Positions 8,070-16,326 of a DNA stretch of 45,614 nt are shown piece after piece (position 1 is the first letter of the stretch; each line of letters opens with the position of its first letter). The position numbers and the translations under genes are program-made. This DNA comes from a virus. Its lineage: Duplodnaviria; Caudoviricetes. The notes below the pieces were generated by a model. It did not search any database, had not been told where the DNA came from, and saw only the letters and a list, made by a program, of their open reading frames with translations. The DNA lies in the IMG/VR virus record IMGVR_UViG_3300005137_000013, positions 1 through 45,614 of that record; one strand, written 5' to 3'.

Positions 8070-8084
8070 AAGGAGCGAAAACGC

Positions 8085-8942
8085 ATGACTGAATACCTGA
8101 GCAAGAAAGCGGTGTTGGAGTGGTTGGATGAAAAGATCATTTCCGTTCGTGGTTTGGCAATTGTGTTCAGGAATCAAGGAGATGAATTGGGGGAGCGCGA
8201 TTGCCGTCATGATGCGGATGCATTGTCGATAATTAAATCAAAAATCCAATCCGGCGAATTTGATGCGGATGAATCCGAAGGCACTTGGAAAGCGACCGCT
8301 GAAGTCCTTGGGCGCGAAAACGCACAGATGAACAGCGAAATCAAGCGTCTGCGGGCGGCGGCAATTAAATTACATGAAACAATCAACAGCTTTTGGCAGG
8401 GTGATTGTGACAAAGCAGATGTCGTTGCGGCGCAGTCGAAACTGTGTGATGTTCTCTCAACCACAACCGAACCAACCGACCCTTACACCATCCGCCGCGA
8501 CGAATACGGTCATGCCGTCGCCATCGAGCGAGACGGGTTTACAGTTCTGCATTTGCAACCGGGAACCGAGCGGAATGAGCAGGAAGTGGAGGGAATCGTG
8601 GCGTTGCTGAACATGAATGCGGCGAAGGTGGAACGGGTGAGGGAATATTATCGCAAACTTGAAGAATTGCGAAATCGAACAAAATATCGTGATGCTGCCA
8701 TTGAGTATGAGCAACGAATTACTGATATTTGCAATGTATTGAATTTTCTCGGCATCACAATCCCCGGCATCAACGCAACGGAAACAAAACAGGATGATGA
8801 TCTATTGGGCGATTGGACAGACGAACGATGCCCGAAGTGTGGAGCGAATTTACTGGGAAACAAAGTCGGAGACAAATGGTGTTCGTTGGTTGGTTGTGAA
8901 TACGACATCAACGCGCCGAAAGGAGAGGGAAACGATGCGTGA
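8085..8942 (+). CDS. Hypothetical mosaic phage protein with C-terminal Zn ribbon
   Basis: AAGGAG RBS; several apparently fused segments; CPKCG...WCSLVGC. Confidence 0.65.
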   Translation: MTEYLSKKAVLEWLDEKIISVRGLAIVFRNQGDELGERDCRHDADALSIIKSKIQSGEFDADESEGTWKATAEVLGRENAQMNSEIKRLRAAAIKLHETINSFWQGDCDKADVVAAQSKLCDVLSTTTEPTDPYTIRRDEYGHAVAIERDGFTVLHLQPGTERNEQEVEGIVALLNMNAAKVERVREYYRKLEELRNRTKYRDAAIEYEQRITDICNVLNFLGITIPGINATETKQDDDLLGDWTDERCPKCGANLLGNKVGDKWCSLVGCEYDINAPKGEGNDA

Positions 8943-9414
8943 GGTACGTTTCAGGGGAAAGCGTTTAAGCGACGGCAAATGGGTTTACGGGAGTTATCAA
9001 GCCGATGTTTTGTGCCTTGGCAAACACACAATCATTTATGGTGATTTGGAAGGTTTCTATTGTGAGGATGAAGTCGATCCCGAAACAGTAGGGCAATATA
9101 CCGGCCTCAAAGACAAGAACGGGCGGGAGATTTATGAGGGGGATATTGTCCGGTATAAACCGGGTTGGAACGAATTGATTGGCGTCGTATGCTTCGGCCA
9201 TTACAGTCAGGATGGAAGTGGTGGAGAATATAGTCCGCGTTCGTGCGTTGGGTTTTATGTCGAACGCAAGGTAATTATCCCGGACGAATGGGATAATGGG
9301 GAAGTTTATCCCCGTGAAGAAGAGGAGCAAATGTCGATTGCGGAACAAGAATACGAAATCATCGGCAACATATACGAAAACCCGGAACTGCTGAAAGGAG
9401 ACGAGGACGCATGA
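8935..9414 (+). CDS. YopX family protein
   Basis: MREVRFRGKR...WVYG...VGQYTGLKDKNGREIYEGDIV...EIIGNIYENPELL. Confidence 0.92.
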   Translation: MREVRFRGKRLSDGKWVYGSYQADVLCLGKHTIIYGDLEGFYCEDEVDPETVGQYTGLKDKNGREIYEGDIVRYKPGWNELIGVVCFGHYSQDGSGGEYSPRSCVGFYVERKVIIPDEWDNGEVYPREEEEQMSIAEQEYEIIGNIYENPELLKGDEDA

Positions 9415-9614
9415 TAAGCATTTCAACGCCTCATCAACCCAATTGGAAATGCGATTCTTGCAAATACCCGAACAAACATAACACGCACCTGCTTGTCGAA
9501 ATAAGCGGAGACAGTATCTTTGAAAAAAGCGGAAACAGTATCTTTCTTTGCCGCGACTGTGCCGAAACGCTTGGAATCATGCTGCTTGACCATGTGAGGG
9601 ATGAGGATGAGTAA
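9411..9614 (+). CDS. Hypothetical Zn-finger protein
   Basis: CDSC...LCRDC; coupled start. Confidence 0.6.
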   Translation: MISISTPHQPNWKCDSCKYPNKHNTHLLVEISGDSIFEKSGNSIFLCRDCAETLGIMLLDHVRDEDE

Positions 9615-9789
9615 AGAAATCCGACTACGCCTGATGAAGAACGCTTATAAGTCGGACTTGGAAGAGTATGCGAAGACGGGAAAAATAAAAGGACTTGGGC
9701 CATGGCATTGTGCGGCATACTACGAAGAATTTCTGGAACGCAAGCGAAAGGCGATAGAACGGCTTGAAACGGAATTGAAGGAGGAATAA
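9607..9789 (+). CDS. Hypothetical phage protein
   Basis: Coupled ORF MSKEIRLRLMKNAY... Confidence 0.55.
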   Translation: MSKEIRLRLMKNAYKSDLEEYAKTGKIKGLGPWHCAAYYEEFLERKRKAIERLETELKEE

Positions 9790-9792
9790 CAC

Positions 9793-10077
9793 ATGATACG
9801 GTTGACATCGAAATACACGAATAACGTTTGGTATGTAAATCCCGATCACATTATTTCGATCGGATGTATCAATGGGGGTACAACGGTCGAATTGACTACG
9901 GATATTGAAACTGATGCAGTCCGTCATATCACCGAAACCCCCGAAGAAGTCGTTCGCAAGGTGTTGGAATGGAAGTTGGCGATGGCTGACTATCAGGACT
10001 CGAGCGGAGAGTATCGCCAAATGATGCGCGAAACCCTAGAAGAACTGGCCGGATTGGAGGAACAGAACTATGACTGA
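9793..10077 (+). CDS. FlbD/SwrD family protein
   Basis: MIRLT...YVNPDHIISI...TTVELT...ITETPEEVVRKVLEWK matches the FlbD pattern; GGAGG RBS. Confidence 0.75.
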   Translation: MIRLTSKYTNNVWYVNPDHIISIGCINGGTTVELTTDIETDAVRHITETPEEVVRKVLEWKLAMADYQDSSGEYRQMMRETLEELAGLEEQNYD

Positions 10078-10444
10078 ACAATTGACCCGTGATGATATTT
10101 TGGCGATGAAGCCGGGGCGGGAGTTGGACAGACAAATCGGTGAACACATCTTCGGCTTTAAAAATATCCTCAATGTTGCTGACTACTGGTTTATTGACGA
10201 TTTGAATACGTCGTTGCCGAGCTATTCCACAGACATAGCCGCAGCGTGGGAAGTGGCGGAGAAAATGAGCGAGGAATGGCCTCAATTCTCAATTGCTCGG
10301 GTGGATACCGGGTGGTGTGTCATGTGGGGGTTTGATGGTTATGGTTGGCCTAATGTTACTGTGGCAACCGCCCCCGAAGCCATCCCCGAAGCCATTTGCA
10401 AAGCCGCACTACTGGCGGTGATGGAAAAGGAGGATTCCCAATGA
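10070..10444 (+). CDS. Phage ABA-sandwich-like protein
   Basis: GRELDRQIGEHIFG...PSYSTDIAAAWEVAEKM...PEAICKAAL. Confidence 0.75.
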   Translation: MTEQLTRDDILAMKPGRELDRQIGEHIFGFKNILNVADYWFIDDLNTSLPSYSTDIAAAWEVAEKMSEEWPQFSIARVDTGWCVMWGFDGYGWPNVTVATAPEAIPEAICKAALLAVMEKEDSQ

Positions 10445-10863
10445 CCCAAAAAGTCCGTTTGCCTCGCGAAGTGGCGGGGGCAATTGAAAGACTACAAAAT
10501 GAATATAAAAACAGCAATCTTGCTATATTGTCAGGATCAATGAGCGTAAGTCGATATAATGACCCGGATTGGAACGTTCTGCATAATTACGTTTTCCCCG
10601 ACAATGAAGAAAACTTTTTCAAACTTGTTGACGCGCTCCGCTACGGATATGAAATCGAGCCGGAGCCGATCACGGTAACAGTGACGGCTAAACAAATGGA
10701 TCATATTCGTTTGGTGTATTCATACGATGCAGATTTGCCATCGAGTCATACACGATCATACTCTGACGGTGTGAGATTTGGGGTAAGACGCACGTTAGAT
10801 CATTTAGGCGTCGAAATCCCAGGGGTGAACGCGCCCGCAACATCCTCAAAGAAATCGGGGTGA
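10441..10863 (+). CDS. DUF1642-like phage protein
   Basis: KVRLPREVAGAIE...LVDALRYGYEIEPE. Confidence 0.65.
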   Translation: MTQKVRLPREVAGAIERLQNEYKNSNLAILSGSMSVSRYNDPDWNVLHNYVFPDNEENFFKLVDALRYGYEIEPEPITVTVTAKQMDHIRLVYSYDADLPSSHTRSYSDGVRFGVRRTLDHLGVEIPGVNAPATSSKKSG

Positions 10864-10869
10864 CACTCA

Positions 10870-11037
10870 ATGACTAACGCCGCCGCTATCGGGTACATGA
10901 TTCTCGCGGCCAAACGGTTGCAAAAGAAGGGCGAACCCATCCCGGATGAACTCATCCGCAAACTGGACAGCATGATGTACGACATGATGGACTTCAAATC
11001 GGAAGAAGAAGCCGAAGAAGCGTACAGGAATTTTTGA
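10870..11037 (+). CDS. Hypothetical protein, 55 aa (not in ORF track)
   Basis: GGGGTGA RBS; MTNAAAIGYMILAAKRL...EEEAEEAYRNF. Confidence 0.65.
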   Translation: MTNAAAIGYMILAAKRLQKKGEPIPDELIRKLDSMMYDMMDFKSEEEAEEAYRNF

Positions 11038-11053
11038 AAGGAGGTGAATACGA

Positions 11054-11203
11054 ATGAGCTACAACGAACTGCTGGAACATCGCAGATTTGCCCTACACCG
11101 CATGATGGAAGCACAGACGGAGCATGAACGGGCGTTGTGGAAAGTCGTATATCGATGGGCGTGTGACGAGATAAAAAGACACTCCACCAAGTGGAGCGCA
11201 TAG
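11054..11203 (+). CDS. Hypothetical protein, 49 aa (not in ORF track)
   Basis: Consensus AAAGGAGGTGA RBS; MSYNELLEHRRF... Confidence 0.65.
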   Translation: MSYNELLEHRRFALHRMMEAQTEHERALWKVVYRWACDEIKRHSTKWSA

Positions 11204-11261
11204 AGAAAAACCCTTTGGCAAAGGTTCAATCCTATTATAAACGAACGGAGCGTGAAAGTAT

Positions 11262-12137
11262 ATGCAGGCCGTGAGACTGGTTAATACAAAGGACATGCCC
11301 CGTGAAGAATGGCTTCAATGGCGCAAAAAGGGGATCGGCGGAAGTGATGTCGCGGCTATTTGCGGGATGTCCAGGTTTTCCTCTCCGCTGGAAGTCTATC
11401 TGGACAAGATCGGGGAACTTCCTGAAAAAGAAGAAACGCCACGCATGAAGGCCGGGAGAAAGTTGGAACCGCTGATTGCGGAATGGTTTTCCGAGGAAAC
11501 CGGATATAAAGTGATGCGGCAAAACTCTATTTTTCAACATCCGCAGTATCCCTTTATGCTGGCGAACATTGATCGATGGCTCCCCGGCCAAAACGCCGGA
11601 TTGGAGATCAAAAACACATCCGAATATAACCGCCAAGATTGGTTCGACGGTCAGACTGAGATCATCCCGACAGAATATCAATTGCAGGCGAACCACTATA
11701 TGGCAATCCTTGGCGCGGAACGTTGGTTTATCGCTGTCCTCATCGGCGGGTGGGACTTTCAATGGCGCATGATCGAACGGGATGAAAGGTTAATTCAAAG
11801 TCTCATCACCATCGAGGAAAACTTTTGGAACAATCACGTGCTGGCGAAGGTTCCGCCCGCCCCTAATGCACAAGATACAGACCTTTTAAACGCCATGTAT
11901 CCTGAGTCAAAACCGTCGAGTATGGAGATCAGCGAAGCATATTACGACCTTGTAAAAGAACTGCTCGACAGCAAAAAGGCGTTAAAACGAGCCGAGGAAC
12001 GGCACGAAGATGCCAAAAACAAAATCAAGGCGCTCATGGGAGAAAACGAACTCGCCTTCTGGCAAGGAGAAAAGTTTGTCTCTTGGAAAACTGACAAGTC
12101 TGGAAAACGAGTTTTCAAAATCGTGGGAGGAATTTGA
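11262..12137 (+). CDS. YqaJ-like viral recombination exonuclease
   Basis: EEWLQWRKKGIGGSDVAAI, MLANIDR, LEIKNT, YQLQANHYM. Confidence 0.93.
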   Translation: MQAVRLVNTKDMPREEWLQWRKKGIGGSDVAAICGMSRFSSPLEVYLDKIGELPEKEETPRMKAGRKLEPLIAEWFSEETGYKVMRQNSIFQHPQYPFMLANIDRWLPGQNAGLEIKNTSEYNRQDWFDGQTEIIPTEYQLQANHYMAILGAERWFIAVLIGGWDFQWRMIERDERLIQSLITIEENFWNNHVLAKVPPAPNAQDTDLLNAMYPESKPSSMEISEAYYDLVKELLDSKKALKRAEERHEDAKNKIKALMGENELAFWQGEKFVSWKTDKSGKRVFKIVGGI

Positions 12138-12138
12138 A

Positions 12139-13020
12139 ATGCCTAAACAAGCAACAGACCAAACCGCACTTGCGGAAAAATTGCAATCCAAAGCCGTGGC
12201 TCCGGCCAAGAAAGGAAGGACGCTGTCCGACCTTTTTGAGGAAATGAAACCGGCCATTGCTCAGGCGATTCCCAAACACCTGACGCCCGACCGACTTCTC
12301 CGGATCGCCATGACTTCGATTCGGACGAATCCGAAACTGAAAGTCTGCACTCCGGAATCCCTGTTGGGGGCTGTCATGCAATGTGCGCAGCTTGGATTGG
12401 AGCCGTCTATTCTGGGACATGCCTACCTTATTCCGTACAGAAACAAGCGGAAGGATGAGAACGGCAAGGAATACTACGTGGACGAGGCGCAATTCCAGAT
12501 CGGATACAAAGGTTTGATCGAACTAGCCCGGAGGACGGGACAAATCAGCAGCATCATGGCGCAAGCCGTCCACGAAAAAGACGTTTTTGAGTACGAATAC
12601 GGCATTAATGAAAAACTGCGACACGTTCCGGCAGAAGGCGATCGAGGCCCGGTGGTTAAGTATTACGCCTATGCGAAATTCAAAGACGGTGGCTATTCTT
12701 TCTTGGTCATGACCAAACGAGATATTGAAATTCACCGGGACAAGTTTGCGAAAGCGAAATCGTATGGTCCGTGGGTTGATCACTTCGACGAAATGGCGAA
12801 AAAGACCGTCCTGAAAGCACTCATGAAATACATGCCGATTAGCGTTGAGTTTCAAAAGGCTGTGGACCAGGACGAAACAACGAAATATTTCGATCCTGAA
12901 GTGAAGGATATGTCGGAAGTCATCGATGTGACCGACTGGTCTGTGCAAGAGGAAAGCGAAGTTGAAACACCGGATGAGATTGAGCAGATGATGAGCGACA
13001 CGCTATTTCCGTTGGGATAA
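12139..13020 (+). CDS. recT: RecT single-strand annealing protein
   Basis: SLLGAVMQCAQLGLEP, AYLIPY, AQFQIGYKGLIELARRTG, PWVDHFDEMAKKTVLK. Confidence 0.95.
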   Translation: MPKQATDQTALAEKLQSKAVAPAKKGRTLSDLFEEMKPAIAQAIPKHLTPDRLLRIAMTSIRTNPKLKVCTPESLLGAVMQCAQLGLEPSILGHAYLIPYRNKRKDENGKEYYVDEAQFQIGYKGLIELARRTGQISSIMAQAVHEKDVFEYEYGINEKLRHVPAEGDRGPVVKYYAYAKFKDGGYSFLVMTKRDIEIHRDKFAKAKSYGPWVDHFDEMAKKTVLKALMKYMPISVEFQKAVDQDETTKYFDPEVKDMSEVIDVTDWSVQEESEVETPDEIEQMMSDTLFPLG

Positions 13021-13031
13021 GGGGTGATCCT

Positions 13032-13346
13032 ATGCCCCCTCTCAATGAACAACCGGCTAGACCCGTGCCGAAGCCGAAGCATAAGCGCAGAGTACGGAAA
13101 CGCGGCAACGCCAGCAAATACAGCACCGCCGTTAGATTAACCATCATCGAACGAGACAAAGGTTTCTGCGTCCGCTGCGGGGCGTTATACGACGATATTC
13201 ACCACATCATCTTTCGTTCTGCCGGCGGCAAAGGAACGGTCGATAACGGCGTTTGCGTGTGTCGGAAATGTCACGCATGGGCGCATAGTTGCCGAGAAGG
13301 ACGAGAATGGTTTGAACGATATAGAGAGGAGCGATTATTGACATGA
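13032..13346 (+). CDS. HNH endonuclease
   Basis: RDKGFCVRCG...IHHIIFRSAGG...NGVCVCRKCHAWAH. Confidence 0.88.
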   Translation: MPPLNEQPARPVPKPKHKRRVRKRGNASKYSTAVRLTIIERDKGFCVRCGALYDDIHHIIFRSAGGKGTVDNGVCVCRKCHAWAHSCREGREWFERYREERLLT

Positions 13347-13735
13347 TGTTCCCCATCATCAAAGTACGCGACAACGAAACCGGACACGTACATGTGGTAG
13401 GCACAAATACGCACGATACCCTTTACATCGACGATAAAACCGGCGGAATCCATTATCACAACCTACAGAACTGCGAAGGGACAATGAAAATTGGCAGGCA
13501 CAGCACTTATGATTTTGTCGGCAAATCGTATGAATGGGAACCCTATGTCCAAGTCGAGTTTGTCACGTTTGACCAACTTATCGAAATTTACAAGCAAAAC
13601 ATCGCCATGTCGTGCGAACAGGAACGGCACCTGCGAGACATGATCAAAACCTTCATCGAAGAAGTACGCGCGAAACATCGTCTGGACGAGTACGAAGTCT
13701 ATATCAGGCACACGGGCGGGAATTATCGCTACTAG
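13343..13735 (+). CDS. Hypothetical phage protein
   Basis: GAGGAG RBS; coupled ORF of 130 aa. Confidence 0.65.
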   Translation: MMFPIIKVRDNETGHVHVVGTNTHDTLYIDDKTGGIHYHNLQNCEGTMKIGRHSTYDFVGKSYEWEPYVQVEFVTFDQLIEIYKQNIAMSCEQERHLRDMIKTFIEEVRAKHRLDEYEVYIRHTGGNYRY

Positions 13736-13745
13736 GAGGCACACC

Positions 13746-13826
13746 ATGCGACTTTGGCTGCTACTTCCAGAGAGAATGTATCTGTTGTGGTGGAAACGGA
13801 AGTTTTTGAGGAAGGAGAGGGGTTAA
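13746..13826 (+). CDS. 26-aa hydrophobic/cationic peptide
   Basis: AGGAGG RBS; MRLWLLLPERMYLLWWKRKFLRKERG. Confidence 0.45.
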   Translation: MRLWLLLPERMYLLWWKRKFLRKERG

Positions 13827-13969
13827 TCCCCTTTCCTCTCCCTTTCCATCTTCAACGCGAATTCTTTATTGATGACCTGGCTGACATTCAGCCGTTCGCG
13901 TTCGGCCAGTTCAACAATGTAATCATAAACGTCTTTATCAAGGCTTATCGACGTTTTTATCTTTTCCAT
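13823..13969 (-). CDS. Ribbon-helix-helix (CopG/Arc-like) regulator, 48 aa (not in ORF track)
   Basis: MEKIKTSISLDKDVYDYIVELAERERLNVSQVINKEF...; GAGGTGA RBS. Confidence 0.8.
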   Translation of the reverse strand: MEKIKTSISLDKDVYDYIVELAERERLNVSQVINKEFALKMERERKGD

Positions 13970-13989
13970 CGTTGTCACCTCAGCATGAG

Positions 13990-14064
13990 ATTATATCACA
14001 ATGGAGTACTGAGTGTGTACGATTACCACGAACTACTACAAAGTATTACAAAGTATGATATAAT
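13990..14064. promoter_or_regulatory. Divergent extended -10 promoters with tandem operator
   Basis: TGATATAAT on both strands (minus 13990-98; plus 14056-64); TACAAAGTAT twice at 14037-56. Confidence 0.65.
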
Positions 14065-14097
14065 AGTCATATAAGTAACATAGAAAGGGTGGTTGAG

Positions 14098-14253
14098 ATG
14101 GAGCAAATGAAAATCAAGACGTTCCCTTTGCGCATGACGGATAAATTGAACCAGGAATTGCGCATTGTGGCGGCGAGGGAAAACACCACGATGCATAAGT
14201 GGATCATGGAAGCCATCGCGGAAAAGTTGGCTAAGTGCGACAAGGCGGTGTGA
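14098..14253 (+). CDS. Ribbon-helix-helix (Arc/HicB-C-like) regulator, 51 aa (not in ORF track)
   Basis: KIKTFPLRMTDKLNQELRIVAARENTTMHKWIMEAIAEKL; AAGGGTGG RBS. Confidence 0.8.
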   Translation: MEQMKIKTFPLRMTDKLNQELRIVAARENTTMHKWIMEAIAEKLAKCDKAV

Positions 14254-14258
14254 TCGGT

Positions 14259-15056
14259 GTGGCTGATGTTCAAACTGAGAATGGGTACACGAAAATCGCC
14301 GACGAACTTCTTGAAGTTATACCGAAATTCAAATTCAACGGAACTCAACTCCGGATCATCATGGTTGTTTGGCGTTATACTTACGGATTCGGCAGAAAAG
14401 ATCATGAAATGTCTTTATCCTTCTTCATGAAAGCAACCGGTTTAGGAAAAACGCAGCTTGATCGGGAACTGAAAACGTTGATTGAACGAAACGTGCTTAC
14501 GGTCACAGAGGAATCAACCTATACGAAGTCCAGAAAGTTATCCTTTAACAAACACTACGACGCTTGGACCATCGAACGTGCGGACAGTCAGCATAAAAAT
14601 GGACAGTCAGCAAAAACGCTGACAGTCAGCAAAAAAGCTGAGGAACAGTCAGCAAAAACGCTGACACAGACAGTCAGCAAATTTGCTGACCAAGATATAC
14701 ATTCTTTTATAAACAATTCTATAGACAATACAACAACAACAATAGGGCCACGAACCATCGATGACGCATACGTGAAAGTGTTCAATACCGGGCAAATGGG
14801 AAGTTTGTTTTTGGAGTTTGTGCATGATTACAAGAAAAAGGGATTTACCGACCAGTTTCTGATCGAAGTCCTTCTGGAAGCGGCGGAAAGTTCGGCAACC
14901 AAGCCAAGTTTGCGATACATCAGGAGTATCGCGGAGGAATGGGAAAGGAAAGGTATCTATACCAGAGCGGAAGCCAGAAAAAGGAGGGTGACCCTTGCAA
15001 GACCTCGGACAAGCGTTGCAGGAGACGATTTTGACTATAACAGCCTCTCTCTCTGA
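14259..15056 (+). CDS. Phage replication initiator (lambda O-like N-terminus, DnaD-like C-terminus)
   Basis: ENGYTKIADELLE...IIMVVWRYTYGF; C-terminal LRYIRSIAEEWERKGIYT; internal iterons. Confidence 0.9.
   Translation: MADVQTENGYTKIADELLEVIPKFKFNGTQLRIIMVVWRYTYGFGRKDHEMSLSFFMKATGLGKTQLDRELKTLIERNVLTVTEESTYTKSRKLSFNKHYDAWTIERADSQHKNGQSAKTLTVSKKAEEQSAKTLTQTVSKFADQDIHSFINNSIDNTTTTIGPRTIDDAYVKVFNTGQMGSLFLEFVHDYKKKGFTDQFLIEVLLEAAESSATKPSLRYIRSIAEEWERKGIYTRAEARKRRVTLARPRTSVAGDDFDYNSLSL
14582..14725. repeat. Replication origin: five iterons plus AT-rich tract inside the initiator gene
   Basis: ACAGTCAGCA at 14584, 14603, 14622, 14645 and 14670, most as GTCAGC-N6-GCTGAC palindromes; followed by ATTCTTTTATAAACAATTCTATA. 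Confidence 0.85.
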
Positions 15057-15858
15057 TGAACATGTGTGCCCGCATTGCCATCAGGTGGTGCCCAAAATGA
15101 CCATTCACGTGTTCGGAATGGAAAAGACCGTTCAACCGCGTTGCCGGTGCGAAGTGTTGGAGTTTGAAAGGGGCGTTACCGAAGCGGTCGAGCGGAAAGA
15201 AAAAAACGAGATCGAGCGCAAGTTTTCGCTGGACAACCTGGGCGAACGGTTTCAAAATTGCCGGTTTGACACGTTTATCCTCAAAGAGGGTAATCGCAAA
15301 GCGGCGGAAATGGCTCGTGGGTATGCCCTTAATTTTGGGGATTATGGCGGCGAATCACTCCTGATATGGGGAAAGCCCGGCAACGGGAAAAGTCATCTAG
15401 CCGCGGCGGTCTGTCATGAAATCCGGGCAAAAGGCTTTATTCCCGTGTTCCAAACGATGCCGGAACTGCTTGAGCGCATCCGAAACACCTTCAACAAGAA
15501 AAGCCATGAGAGCGAGCGCGAGATCATGGACGCGCTGCGGGAATGCGATTTGCTTGTCTTGGATGATATTGGCGCAGAAAAAGTCACCGATTGGGTGCTG
15601 GATGTGCTGTTTCGGATCATCGACGGGCGATACCGGAACAAGAAACCGACCATGTTCACGACGAACTTTTCACCGACCGACCTTTTATACCGGTTTATGC
15701 CGGAGCGCCCGACAGCAGAACAAGAAATCTCGGCCAAACGCATCCATGACCGAATACTGGAAGTGTCGATCATCGTCGAGAACAAAGCGCCGAGTCACCG
15801 TCTGGAAACCGCTGCGGCGCGGGCGAAAGAAGCTGATATAAGGAGGATGTGGGCGTGA
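14995..15858 (+). CDS. DnaC/IstB-like helicase loader ATPase
   Basis: CPHC/CRC Zn motif, Walker A GKPGNGKS, LLVLDDIGAE, MFTTN; AAGGAGG RBS before TTG. Confidence 0.92.
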   Translation: MQDLGQALQETILTITASLSDEHVCPHCHQVVPKMTIHVFGMEKTVQPRCRCEVLEFERGVTEAVERKEKNEIERKFSLDNLGERFQNCRFDTFILKEGNRKAAEMARGYALNFGDYGGESLLIWGKPGNGKSHLAAAVCHEIRAKGFIPVFQTMPELLERIRNTFNKKSHESEREIMDALRECDLLVLDDIGAEKVTDWVLDVLFRIIDGRYRNKKPTMFTTNFSPTDLLYRFMPERPTAEQEISAKRIHDRILEVSIIVENKAPSHRLETAAARAKEADIRRMWA

Positions 15859-15860
15859 GC

Positions 15861-16043
15861 ATGGGTAAAGTACGAACCGCGTATGTCGACCAGCTTCCCG
15901 AAGATGTGCGGACATACATCGTCAATCACTATAAACTATACAGGCGCAATCGAAGAAAACTCATGCGGAAAGTCGGCATCACAAACAAATTCGTGTTCAA
16001 CCAGATTTTGATCGAGTTAGATTTACCGAGGGGTGAAATGTGA
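15861..16043 (+). CDS. Hypothetical basic protein
   Basis: Coupled ORF MGKVRTAYVDQLP... Confidence 0.55.
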   Translation: MGKVRTAYVDQLPEDVRTYIVNHYKLYRRNRRKLMRKVGITNKFVFNQILIELDLPRGEM

Positions 16044-16089
16044 TGAGGAATATCGTGTTTCGCGAAATAGTCAAAAGAGGCGACCCGAC

Positions 16090-16326
16090 ATGAAACGCCG
16101 CGCACGCCGACTCAAACGAACGTTCACGGAACTGGATCATACACAGTGGCGCAAAGTGATGGACGAATACCGCTCTATGCGTCCGTATCGCGAAATTGAC
16201 TTGACCGAAGCGCTGGCGCGTGAGCAAGCGGAACGGGAATCATGTCGAACGCGCGTATATTGGGAGCGCACGTACCGGATCGAGGATTTGCCGCAGGAGG
16301 ATAAAGAGAGGTTGGGGCTAGGGTGA
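16090..16326 (+). CDS. Hypothetical phage protein
   Basis: ORF ending GTGA, coupled to the MTase start; start codon uncertain. Confidence 0.5.
   Translation: MKRRARRLKRTFTELDHTQWRKVMDEYRSMRPYREIDLTEALAREQAERESCRTRVYWERTYRIEDLPQEDKERLGLG

Noticed and set aside
14582-14690. CRISPR-like or mini-array
   Set aside because: Repeats are short, nearly adjacent and inside the initiator gene, which fits iterons; no unique spacers or cas genes.
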